A stretch of DNA of 64,000 nt from the human T2T-CHM13v2.0 reference genome, Homo sapiens. Both the position numbers and the translations under genes were made by a program. Of this stretch, positions 49,545 through 64,000 are shown one piece after another. The stretch lies in the NCBI RefSeq assembly GCF_009914755.1, contig NC_060946.1. The stretch is one strand, 5' to 3'. The stretch's first letter is position 1. Every line of letters begins with the position of its first letter. The notes below the pieces were generated by a model. That model was not told the origin of the DNA. It saw only the letters and a program-made list of their open reading frames with translations, and made no database searches.

Positions 49545-49764
49545 CTTGCACAAGAAAAGTAGTAAGAAAATGAGTGGTAGAAATCCAGTGTCCTAAACTC
49601 CCATCCAGAGCTGTGAGAGTTTTTTACCGGCTGGATAATTCACAGTTTTCTTGAATCAGGGGAAAAATAAGACTCAGAAACTAGGAATTCGTTTTGCCCA
49701 AAACTCTCATCAGATACAGAATCCATCCGCTAACTATCTAGTATTATTTCCATAAGTTAGATCA

Positions 49765-50591
<827 letters not shown>

Positions 50592-51358
50592 AGAAGTTCC
50601 TCTTCTTACTTAGAAAACAGATCACAGGGCATCAAGTAACACGTAAAATCCTTTTTAATAAGCAGTATTATTTTTGGAAAACCTTTCCTAATATTTTGGT
50701 ATCAGCAAAAAGCCTCAGATTAATTTCAAACACTATAAAAATACAATACATATACAGAAAATATTAACTGTCAGCAATGCTATAGAGAAATTGGAAGCTG
50801 TATGCATTGCTTTTTGGAATGTAAAATGGTACAGTCCACTGTGGAAAATGGTTTAGCAGCTCCCTATAAATACGAAGCACAGAATTATATGATCCATCAA
50901 CACCCTTTAAGCGTATATACCCAAAAGAACTGAGAGCAGGGACTCAAACAGGTATTTGTACACCCGATTAACAGCAGCATTATTCACAGTGGCCAAAAGG
51001 TAGCCCAAACCTAATGCCCATCAGTAGGTGAATAGATAAAGAAAATGTAATATATACATACACAGAGTATTATTCAGCCATAAAAAGAAAAATATCTGGC
51101 CAGATTCAGGGGCTTACACTTGTAATCCCAGTATTTTGGGAGGCCAAGGTGGGCAGGTCTCTTGAGCCCCATATTTTGAGAACAGACTGGACAACATGGC
51201 ACATTTGGTTAGAAGTGTTTGACCATAACTACTATTCCAGAAAAAGATCTACTCATTAGAACTACAAATCATAAAATTATAAGTTCTACAAAAACAAATC
51301 AACCTTATCTACCACCCAGTTCTACCCAATTATATCATGTTAGAACAGAAGGTCTCAC

Positions 51359-51513
51359 CGTGGACTCGAGAGCTGATATGAGCAATGTCACCACCATCCT
51401 GCTCTCCACGGAATCATCTTCAACAGACTCCTCATCTTCAATGGACTCCTCATCTTCCATGGACTTCTCATCTTCCATGGGCAGGGTGGAAACTGCAACT
51501 TGTGCCATGATCC
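51359..51513 (-). pseudogene. GTF2I: GTF2I/GTF2IRD2 first coding exon copy 2
   Basis: tgcacag|GGATCATG...; MAQVAVSTLPMEDEKSMEDEESIEDEESVEDDSVESRMVVTLLISALEST|gtgaga. Confidence 0.88.
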
Positions 51514-51759
51514 CTGTGCAAAAAAGTAGTAAGAAATTGAATGGTAGAAATGCAGTGTCCTAAACTCACAACCAGAGCTGTGAGAGTTTCTCACCGGCTG
51601 TCAAATTGTTTTTTGGGTCAGAGAAAAAAATAAAACTTGGTAACCTGGTACTCGATTTGCCCAAAACTCTCATCAGATAGAGAATCTATCCGCTAACTTT
51701 CTATCTAGTATTATTTCCATGAAGTTACATCAATATCATTCCCAAAATAAATCCAGGTG

Positions 51760-54170
51760 GAAGACTAAATCCAAAGCTAGCAGAAGGAAAGAAATAATAA
51801 AGAGCATAATTAGAGCGTAAATCAATGAAATAGAAGGTTGGAGAGCAGTAGAGTGAAAAAATGTAGATTCTTTGAAAGATAAAGCCTTTCACTATATTGA
51901 CTGAGCAAAAGATGGAAGACTAATTATTAAAATAATAAATGAAAGCAGAGCCATTACTACCAACTTTACAGAAATACAAAAGGATTACAGGAGTATACTG
52001 TGAACAACTGTCTAGCAACAAATTAGGTGCCCTGGATGAAATGGATGAATCGCTAGAAAGACACAAACTACCAAAGTGGCTCAAGAAGAAAGAGAAAATC
52101 TGAACAGACCTATAACCTAGGAGATTGAATTAGTAATCGAAAGTGATTAACAAAGAAAGATTTATGACCAAATAGCTGCATTAACTGGTGAGTCAACCTA
52201 ACATTTAAAGAAGAATTAATACCATTTCTTCTCAAACTCTTCTGACAAAATATGTGAAGAAGGAATGCTTGCTAATTCATTTTTTGATAACAGCATTATC
52301 CTTATACCAAAGACAAAGAGAGCACAAAAGAGAGAAATACAGCACTATATCCCTTATGAATATATAAGCAAAAATCTCAGCAAAATACTAGCAATACTAG
52401 CAAAATACTAGCAGCAATACTGTATAATCAAAGGATTGTAAACTATCACCCTTTGAGATTTATCCCCAAAATGCAAGGGTGGTTCAACATATAAAAAATC
52501 AATCAGTGTAATATGCTGTAACAGTAAAATGAATAAGCACCTGATTATTTCAATTGATGCAGAGAAAACATTGACGAAATACAACACCCTTCTATAATAA
52601 AAATACTCAATAAACTAGGCATAGAAGGGATCTTCTGCAACATGACAATGGGATGTACAAAAACCCAACAGTTAATATCATGATCAATGATGAAACACTG
52701 AAAGCTGTTTTCCTAACATCTAGAAGAAAAGGATGGTGCATTTACCACTTGTATTCAACGTAGCACTGGCAGTTCTAGCCAGAGCAATTAGGCAAGACAA
52801 AGAAATAAAAGGCATCTAAATTAGAAATAAAAAATAGGTGTAAAATTATATCTACACATGATCTTATGGGTATAAAGCTCCAAACAAAACACAAAACCGA
52901 TTATAACTAATAAAAGAGGCAGGATGCAAACAAACATAGGCAAATGAGCTATATTTCTATATAGTTGTAAAGAACTATGAAAACATTTTAAAAATTCCAT
53001 TTATAATGGTATCAAAGAATGAGTTATTCAGGCGTAAATCTAACCATGGTGGTATACACAAAACATTGCTGCAAAAAACTAAAGAGAGTGGAAATAAGTG
53101 GAAAGACATTCTGTGTTCACGGGTTGTAAGACAATATTGTTAAGATGACAATACCATCTAAAGTAATCTACAGATTCAATGCAATACCATCAAAATCCCA
53201 AAGGCATTTTTGCAGAAACAAAGAAACTCATTCTAAAATCATACAAAAATTCAAAGGATCTGACAGACAAAACAGTCTTGAAAAAGAACATTGGAAAACT
53301 CACATTTTTCAGTTTCACAGCCTACTACAAATCTACAGTAATCAAGAGAGTGTGGTACTGGAATAAGACCAATAGACTTTCAGACCAATACAATAGAACA
53401 GATTTGAGATCCTACAAGTTAGTCCTCAGATATATGGTCAATGACTGTTCAACAAGGTGGCCAAGTCTAGTCAAGGGAGGAAAGAACAGTCTCTTCAACA
53501 GCTGGATGTCAGTGCACAAGAGAGAAGTTAGACCCCTACCTTGCAGTATATACAAAAAATAATTCTAAATTAATAAAAGACTTAAATGTAAGGACTAAAA
53601 ATATGTAACTCTTAGAAGAAAACACACGGTAAACCTTTATGACCTTTGAGTTTTAAGTGTATTTTGAAATATGACAGAAAAGCACAGATAACAAAAGAAA
53701 ATACACGAAAATTAGATTTAATCAAAATAAAAACCTTTTATGCATCAAAGGATACTATCAATGGAGTGAAAAGACAACCCATAATATGTGAGAAAATATG
53801 TATCTGATAAAATCAAAGTGTGTATCTGATAAAAGCTTAATATCCCACAACTCAACAACAGAATTTCTAAGATCCCAATTAAAAAATAGGCAAAGGACTT
53901 GGACAGACATTTCTCCAAAGAAGATACACAAATGTCTAAGAAGGAAAAGAAAAGATGCTAAACACCATTATTCATTAATAAAATGCAAGACAAAACCCAA
54001 ATGAGATGCCACTTTGCATCCACTAGTAAGGCTTTCATAACAACCACACAGAAAATCAATGTTGCTAAGGAGGTGGAGAAACTGGAGCCCTCATGAACTG
54101 GCTGCTAGGAATAGAAAATGATGCACTTGCTGCGGAAAACAGTTTGGTGGTTCCTCAAAGAATCACACAG
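51760..54170 (+). mobile_element. Old L1M ORF2 fragment (degenerate)
   Basis: IYRFNAIP, YYKSTVIKRVWYW, GGKNSLFN motifs in broken frames. Confidence 0.85.
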
Positions 54171-55520
54171 AGAAACAGGCGCCGCTGGCTTGCGGGTTCT
54201 CCTGGGCTGGCACGGGACGTCCCGGAATGGCAGGCGCACATTCCTTCCCGCCTGAGGGCCCGCCTGGCCGTGACTCCCGCCCCTCTCCCCCTCCGAAGAG
54301 AGATGGGGCCGCCCCAGGGGCCAACTGCAGCCACCGGGGATGGGGCTGAGGGTCGGTTCCTGCCCCGGTGCAGCCGCCCCTGGGCAGACCGCCTGGCTTG
54401 GTCGCAGCCACGGCGACATCTAGCCCCGGTTCTGTGAGGCTGGGCGCGCCAGCCAGCTTGGGAGTCGCCCGGCGCCTGTAGCTGGGCGCCCAGGTGGTGG
54501 AGTATGCCCTGAGCGGCCTCTGGATCGCGGGTGCCCCTGGCCTGAGAGCCCGCCAGACCCTGTCCCGGCCCGGCTCCTCCTCTGTCAGAGCTCCACATCT
54601 CTATCCAGAGGCCCTCTGCAGCCACCAGGGATGGGGCTGAGGGCCGGTTCCCGCCCCTGTGCAGCTGCTGCGGGACAGACCGCCTGGCTTGGCCACAGCC
54701 ACAGGGACATTTGGCCCTGCTTCCGAGATGTGCGGAGTGTGGACGGGCTCGGGAGTTGCCTGGAGGCTGCTGCCTGCACGCAGAAGGCGGCTGCAGCTCG
54801 GGTGCCCAGGCGGGCTGGAGGTGCATGGCCTGGTAGGCCTTGGGATCGCCAGCGCACCCAGCCTGAGGGCCCCCAGGCCGTGCCTCCCGACCACTCCTCC
54901 ATCTGAGGGAGATCGGAGCCGTTTGTATGGGCACCCGGCAGTCACCTCGTGTGGGGTTGAGCGGTGGCTTCTCAGTTCTCGCTCCTGTGCAGCTGCTGCC
55001 GCAGGGCAGAATGCCTGGCTTGGCTGCAGCCACTGGGACACGTGGCCCTGCTTCTGTGATGCTAGGAGCGCAAGCAGGCTCGGGGGTTGCCAGGCAGCTG
55101 CTGCCTGCACACAGAGGGCGACGGCAGCTTGGGCGCCCACATGGCAGAGCATGGTTTGGGTGGCCTCTGGAATGCATGCGCACCAGGCCTGAGGGTCACC
55201 CTGGTGGGGCCACATACCCCGGTCTTCCTCTGCTGGAGCCTGGAGCAGCTGGAATGGCCACTATTCCGTCACAGGGGATAGAGTTAAGTTTTCTTATCCC
55301 ACCCATGCACGCAAAAAGGTGACTATTCTGTGAGGTAATAAACGTGTTAATTGACTTCATTCATGCCACTCTGCATCCACAAGTAAGGCTTTCATAACAA
55401 TGACACAGAAAATAAATGTTGCTAAGGAGGTGGAGAAGTTGGAGTCCTCATGATCTGGCTGCTAGGAATAGAAAATGATGCCCTTGCTGCGGAAAACAAT
55501 TTGGTTGTTCCTCACAGAAT
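54006..55520. repeat. Single ~1.36-kb GC/CpG-rich macrosatellite-type unit, probably SST1/NBL2 (MER22)
   Basis: ~157-bp direct repeats at 54006-54163 and 55363-55520 (period ~1357 bp) enclose a GC-rich core with three ~300-bp subrepeats (~54328, ~54618, ~54939). Period and composition fit the ~1.4-kb NBL2/SST1 unit. Confidence 0.65.
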
Positions 55521-58064
<2,544 letters not shown>

Positions 58065-58370
58065 ACCCCTGAACCTGACCCTGACCCCTGACCCTGATCC
58101 CTAACCCCTGACCCTGACCCCTAACCCCTGACCCTAACCCTAACCCCTAACCCTAACCCTTAACCGTAAACCCTAAGCCTAACCCCTAACCACAACCCTC
58201 ACCCTCACACTAATCCAACCCTAACCCCTTATCCCTAACCCCTAACCTCTCCTAACCTCTAACTCCAAACGTTGACTCTTAACTCTTAACTCTGACCCCA
58301 ACCCCTATCTCCAACCCCTAACCCTAAACTTAACCCTTAACCCCTAACCCTAACACCAACCTTAACCCTA
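58065..58370 (+). repeat. Interstitial degenerate telomeric repeat (CCCTAA/CCCTGA/CCCCTAA)n
   Basis: About 300 bp of C-strand telomere hexamers and variants. Confidence 0.95.
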
Positions 58371-59140
58371 GGTTCGTTACTACGTTTGTACTATGCCAAT
58401 GTTGATTATTATCATCTCTGTCTTAGGACTGCATGGCAGCAAGGGGATTGCGGATCTTATATTAATATTTTTGTATTGAGGCAGTGCATTAGCATTACAG
58501 GTGCTTGTTACATGAGCAATGGGGGTGTCATATTTTGGGTGTCATGTCTGCATTAGGAATGCTGCATTTGTCTTCCGAGGCTGCGGTGTGGATCTCGCAC
58601 TGCAGCCGCTTCGGCTTGGCTGGGGAGAACCTCGGTGGGCGGGATTCAGAGGGGCTTTTGGTTTCCCTTTTCCACACTGAGCCCTTCTAACTGGTCTCTG
58701 ACCCTGATTATTCAGGGCTGCAAAAGGGAAGGATTTTATTCACCGTCTATGCGGTCCCGAGTTGTCCCAAAGCGAGGCAGTGCCCCAAAGGTCTGTGCTG
58801 AGGAGAACGCTGCTCTGCCTTAGCGGTGTCCCCCGGGTCTGTGCTGAGCAGAACGCAGCTCCGCCCTCGCGGTGCTCCCGGCCCGCCTGGGTCTGTGCTG
58901 AGGAGAACACTGCTCCGCCTTCGCTGTATCTCTGAAGTCTGTGCAGAGGAGAACTCACCTCCGCCCTGGCGATGCTCTCCTTGTCTGTGCTGGGAAGAAC
59001 GCAGCTCCGCCCTCGCAAAGGCGCACAGCGCCGGCGCAGGTGCAGAGAGGCCTACAGCGCTGGCGAAAGGCGCAGAGAGGCCCACAGCGCCGGCGCAGGC
59101 GCGGAGAGGCCCACAGCGCCGGCGCAGGCGCAGAGAGGCA
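58371..59140 (+). repeat. TAR1 subtelomeric repeat, including GTCTGTGCTGAGGAGAAC units and four 29-bp repeats (~59019-59139)
   Basis: Canonical subtelomeric text and GGCGCAGAGAGGCCCACAGCGCCGGCGCA 29-mers. Confidence 0.9.
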
Positions 59141-62100
59141 GAAGGCCCATGAGGGGAAGGTGAGACACCTGGGGCAAAGAAGAAAAAAAAATGCGCCGCG
59201 AAGCGGTGTCTGGGTCATTCAGGGACGAAAGTTTTTTCCCATCAGCCCTTGCGCTGGGCCCCAGGGACCCTGGCATCCCTGGTTCACGCCCGGGGTGTGC
59301 CTCAGGCGACTAGGGGTACCCCAACTTGGACAGAAGGCCCATGAGTGGAAGTTGAAGTTTGTGGGAGGAGAGGTGAGGCACCAGGGGCAGAATAAAAAAA
59401 AAAAGAGGACCGTGTCTCAGAGAAGCGGGACCTGGGTCCCCCACGGATGAAAGTGCCTTCCCATCAGGCCCTATGCTGGGCCTGGTAGACCCTGGCGACC
59501 CTGGTTCGAGCCCAGGGTGAGCCTCGGGTCAGCTTGGGGTACCACAAAGCGAACAAAAGGTCCATGAGGGGAAGGTGAAGCACTTGAGGCAGAGAAAAAA
59601 AAAAACGCTCAGCCGAGAAGCAGTGCCTGGGCCCCCCACGGATGAAAGTGCCATCCCATCAGCCCCTTCGCTGGGCCCTGGGGACCCTGGCATCCCTGGT
59701 TTGACCCTGGGGTACGCCTCGGGACAGTAGGGGTACCCCAAGGTGGGCAGAAAACCCCTAAGGGGAAGGTGAGGCACCTGGGGCAGAGAAAAAAAAGAAA
59801 AACTTCGCTGCGGAGAAGCACGGCCTGGGTGCCCCACAGACGAAAGTGTCTTCCCATCAGTCCCTGCACTGGGACCCAGGGACCCTGGTGTCCCTCGTTC
59901 GAGCTCAGGGTGTGCCTCGGCCGCCAAGTGCACCCCAAGGGGGACTTTGGGGACACAAAGCCCGTGAGGGGAAGGTGAGTTTTGAGGAAGGAGAGGTGAG
60001 GCACCTGTCACAGAAAAAGAAAAAAAAAAACCCCGCCGCGGAGAGGTGTGGCCTGGGTACCCCACGGATGAAAGTGCCTTCCCATCAGCCCCTGCACTGG
60101 GCCCCGTGGAACCTAGAGTCCCTGGTTCGAGCTCAGGGAGAGCCTCGGGCCACTAGGGGTACCCCAAGGCGGTGGAAAGCCCATGAGAGGAAGGTGAGCT
60201 GTGAGGGAGGAGAGGTGAGACACTTGTGGCAGAAAAGAAAAAGAAACCGCGCCACGGAGAAGTGGGGCCTGGGTCTCCCATGGAAAGAAAGTGCCTTCCC
60301 ATCAGTCCCTGAGCTGGGCCCCGTGGGCCCAGGCGACCCTGGTTCTAGGCCTGAGTGCACCTCGGGGCCACTAGGTGTACCCCAAAGCGGGCAGAAGGCC
60401 CATGAGGGGAAGGTGAGGTTTGAGGGAAGAGAGGTGAGGCACCTGCGGCAGAAAAAAAAAAAAAACATGCGGAAGAGAAGCGGCGGCTGGGTCTCCCACG
60501 GACGAAAGTGCCTTCTCATCAGCCCCTGCGCTGGGCCCCCTGGACTCTGGCGACCCTAGTTTAAGGACCAGAAGAGACTCCGGCATGCTAGGGTACCCTA
60601 AGGAAGCCAGAAAGCCCATGAGGGGAAGGCGAGATTTAAGGGAGGAGAGGTGAGTCACCTGTGGCAGAAAAAAAAAAAATATATATATATATATATATAT
60701 CGGCACCTCGGAGAAGCCGGGCCTGGGTCCCCACTGATGAAAGTGCCTTCCCATCAGCCCCTGCGCTAGCCCCGAGAACCTGGCGACCCTGATTGGAGAC
60801 CCAGGAGCGCCTCGGGCCTGCACGTGGTACCCCAAATCAGGCAGAAGGCCAGTGAGGGGAAGGTGAGGCACCTGGGGTGGAGAAAAAAAACCACAGCTTT
60901 GAGAAGCGGGGGCTGGGTACCCACGGATGAAGGTAACTTCCCATCAGACCCTGCGCTAGGCCCCGGCGACCCTGGCATCCATGGTTCGAGTCCAGGGAGC
61001 GCCTTGGGCCGCTAGGGGTACCCCAAGTTGAGCAGAAAGACCATGATGGGAAGTTGACGTTTGAGGGAGGAGAGGTGAGGAACCTGTGGCAGAAAAAAAA
61101 AGAAAACAAGCCGCGCCGAGGAGAAGCTGGGCCTGGGTGCCCCAAGGATGAAAATGCCTTCACATCAGTCCCTGCGCTGGGCCCTGTGGACCCTGGAGAC
61201 CCCGGTTCGAGCCCCTGGTGCGCCTCGGGCCCGCTAGGGGTACCACAAGGCGGGCAGAAATCCCATGAGGGGCAGTTGAGGTTTGAGGAAGGAGAGGTGA
61301 GGCACCTGTGACAGAAAAAAAAAACTGCACCACGAAGAAGCGGAGCCTGGGTCCCCAACGGATGAAAGTGTCTTCCCATCAGCCCTTGTGCTGGGCCCAG
61401 GGGACCCTGGCATTCCTGGTTCGAGACCAGGGTGAGCTTCAGGCCGCTAGGGGTACCCAAAAGCGGGCAGAAGGCCCATGAGGGGAAGGTGACACACCTG
61501 GGGCAGAGAGAAAAAAAAACAACAACCGTGCCGCGGATAAGCGGGGCCTGGGTCCCCCACAGAAGAAACTGTCTTCCCATCAGCACTTGCACTGCGCCCC
61601 GGGGACACTGGTATCCCTGGCTCGAGCCCAGCATGCTCCTCGGCCTGCTAGGGGTACCCCAAGACAGACAGAAGGCCCATGAGGGAAAGGTGAGACACCT
61701 GGGGCAGAGAAGAAAATAAAAAACTGCGCCGCCCAGAAGTGGGGCCTGGGTCCCCCATGGACGAACGTCCCTACCCATAAGCCCTGCACTGGGCCCCGGA
61801 TACCCTAGCATCCCTGGCTCAAAACAAGGGTGCGCCTCGGGCCGGCTAGGGGTACATCAAGGCGGGCAGAAAGCCCATGACGGGAAAGAGAGGCACCTGG
61901 GGAAAAGAAAAAAAAAAAAAAAAACGCCACAGAGAAGCAGAGCCTTGGTCCCCGAGGAAGAACGTCTCTCCCATCAGCCACTGTGCTTGGCCCAGCAGAA
62001 CCTGGCTTCCATGGTTCGAGCCTAGGGTGTGCCTCGGGCCGCTAGGGGTACCCCAAAGCGTGCAAAAGGCACAACAGGGGAAGGAGAGGCACATGGGGCA

Positions 62101-62390
62101 GAGAAAAAAATCCCTGCCGCGGAGAAGCGGGGACTGCGTCCTAAACACGGACGAAAGTGTCTTCCCATCAGGCCTTGCGCTGGGCCTCAGGGACCCTGGA
62201 GTCTCTGGTTCGAGCCCACAGCGCACCTCGGACCGCTAGGTGTACCCCAAGGCAGACAGAAGACCCATGAGGGGAAGGTGAGATTTGAGAAAGGAGAGGT
62301 GAGGCAACTATAGCAGGAAAAAAAAAAACCGCGCCACGGAGAAGCAGGGCATGAATCCCCCACAGACGAAAGTGCCTTCCCATCAGGCCC
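59140..62390. repeat. Gamma satellite (GSATII-like) array, ~16 monomers of ~190-225 bp
   Basis: Recurrent GAAGGCCCATGAGGGGAAGGTGAG...AAAGTGCCTTCCCATCAGCCC...CTAGGGGTACCCCAA with an internal A tract. Array seen directly; family name recalled. Confidence 0.75.
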
Positions 62391-62767
62391 TGAGGGTTTG
62401 AGACAGAATGAGGAGTGACTAATGTCTACAGGGTTTTTCTCTGGTCGGGGGTGATAAGACGTTCTACAATGGATTGCGAATTAAAATTGAATGTGCACAA
62501 CCACAGGTATAGTAAAAGCCACTCAATTCATGACTTTTACTGGGGGAATCTTATGTGGCGCAGTCTCATGGAGACCACGGCAGACATAGTGAGAGAGAAA
62601 AAGGTGAGTAAATATCTGAAACGGAGGCAGAAACAGAGAGAATGAAAAGCCCTGTGAATGGAAGGGAGAGCGAAAAGGGAAAATGGTCCCATTGACAAAT
62701 GACAGATGTGAAACTGGGGTTCACATCAACAGTGTCACTGCCAGGAAGGAGGGTCATGCTAGCCATG

Positions 62768-64000
62768 TCACCGGTAGTGTGGCCCGCAGGGACGCCGACC
62801 TGCTGGAGCGTCGTGCCAGCATGGGCTATGGCATCCACGTGGGCCAGCAGGAGGTTCCCGCTGCACAGCTGTGGGGTGAGGATAGACTGGGTGGTGATGT
62901 CGGCCATTACAGGGGCCTCTTCTGCTGGCAAGAGTGTGACAGTAGCAAGTAGATGGACAGGCCTGCGTGTGAGGACGGAATGCAGGAGGGGCTCTTGTAC
63001 GGCTGGGTGTGGGGCCCTCATGGGAACCGTGGAGAAATGGCCAGGTAACTGCGTCATGTGGGCTAGTAGATTGGCCAGGGCTTCGAACTGAAGGACGATA
63101 ACGGGGAGTAGCTGTCAGGCCCTGGGAGTGCCTGAGTGTAAGTGGAGATGGGTTTGGGGTCACTGAGGGATGCGTGGGAGCCATCCCTGTATAGGTACAG
63201 GTCATAGGGAGATAGTCTCGTGAGGCCTGTGAGTGTCTAGGGTTGTCCTGGGTGCCTGGGGCTGACTGTGGCAGAAATCTGGGGAAGGCTGGAGAGAAGC
63301 TGGGAGACCCAGGAGAGTCCCTGAAGGCAGGGGTTGAAGAGGTGAAAGAAATGGGGGAGGGTTGCAGTAAGGTCCGTGAGTTTGTAGGTGATTCCTGGGT
63401 GCGGGAAGCTGACTCCAGGTGAAATCTGGAGATGGTTGGAGAGTAGCTGAGAGAGACAGAAGAGTCCCTGAGGGCTGGGGGTGAGAACATGAGGGAGACG
63501 GGGGAGTAAGTCAGTGAAATTCGTGAGTTCGGTGGTGTATCGTGGGTGCCTGGAACTGACTCCAGCTGGAATCTAGAGAAGTTTTGAGAGTAGCTGAAGG
63601 AGACACAAGAGTCCCTGTGGGCTGAGGGCAAAGACCTGAGAGAGACCAGGGAGGACCTCAGTGAAGTCTGTGAGTCTGTAGGTGATTCCGGAGTGTGGGA
63701 GGCTGACTCCCGCTGAAATCTGGGCGTGGTGGGAGAGTAGGTGGGACAGACAGGAGAGTCCCAGGGGGCTGGGGGTGAAGACATGAGAGAGACTGGGGAG
63801 TAACTCAGTGAAATTGCTGAGTTGGTTGGTGATACCTGGGTGCCTGGAACTGACCCCAGCTAAAATATGGGCATGGTTGGAGAGTAGCTGGGACACACAG
63901 GAGAGTCCCTGAGGGCTGGGGGTGAAGACATGAGCGAGACTGGGGAGTAACTGAGTGAAACTGGTGAGTTTGGTGGTGACTCCGGGGTGCCTGGAACTGA
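62768..64000 (-). pseudogene. Ser/Pro/Thr-rich coding-type tandem repeat (147 bp = 49 aa) with unique Pro/Cys/His-rich C-terminus; 338-aa ORF at 62768-63784; frame continues to window end with one in-frame TAG (63860-63862)
   Basis: Equivalent ATG codons at 63931, 63784 and 63490 are multiples of 147 apart. Unit approx. SPPALRDSxVSLSYSPTxPRFQLESVPGTQESPTNSxISLSYSPVSLMS. Confidence 0.5.

Noticed and set aside
54155-55183. 342-aa minus-strand ORF and overlapping 177-204 aa ORFs
   Set aside because: Open frames on both strands in very GC-rich repeat DNA; subrepeats are read in different frames; no recognisable domain.
58065-58370. Head-to-head telomere fusion like 2q13
   Set aside because: Only one repeat orientation is present; the other side is L1.
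58740-62383. Numerous 100-324 aa ORFs
   Set aside because: They arise from TAR1 and gamma-satellite GC richness; variable A tracts shift frame between monomers.
63200-64000. ACRO1 satellite (also a 147-bp unit)
   Set aside because: The length coincides, but the sequence lacks the very GC-rich composition I associate with ACRO1 and behaves like a codon-structured repeat; a RepeatMasker run would settle it.

Overview
Human/primate genomic DNA (Alu-, L1- and LTR-rich) with no complete protein-coding gene. It is a mosaic of segmental-duplication pieces typical of pericentromeric or acrocentric short-arm regions; the chromosome cannot be assigned from sequence alone. From left to right: (1) six in-frame internal ANKRD20A-family exons on the minus strand, without the ankyrin-encoding 5' exons; (2) an unprocessed ASNS pseudogene fragment; (3) a ~70-75 bp palindromic SATR-type satellite with three strand switches, into which a three-piece NUMT (12S; CO1 plus tRNA cluster; CO3-tRNA-Gly-ND3) is inserted at the palindrome centre; (4) an L1 carrying a MER50-like LTR; (5) an Alu-dense block with two copies of the GTF2I first coding exon showing 18-bp expansions; (6) a single probable SST1/NBL2-like ~1.36 kb unit continuous with an old L1; (7) an L1 broken by an interstitial (CCCTAA)n tract plus TAR1; (8) a gamma-satellite (GSATII-like) array; (9) a frame-preserving 147-bp (49-aa) Ser/Pro-rich coding-type repeat running off the window end. 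Family names come from my recollection of consensus and protein sequences, not from database searches. Repeat boundaries are approximate. I see no convincing new biological system; the best leads are mechanistic and evolutionary.
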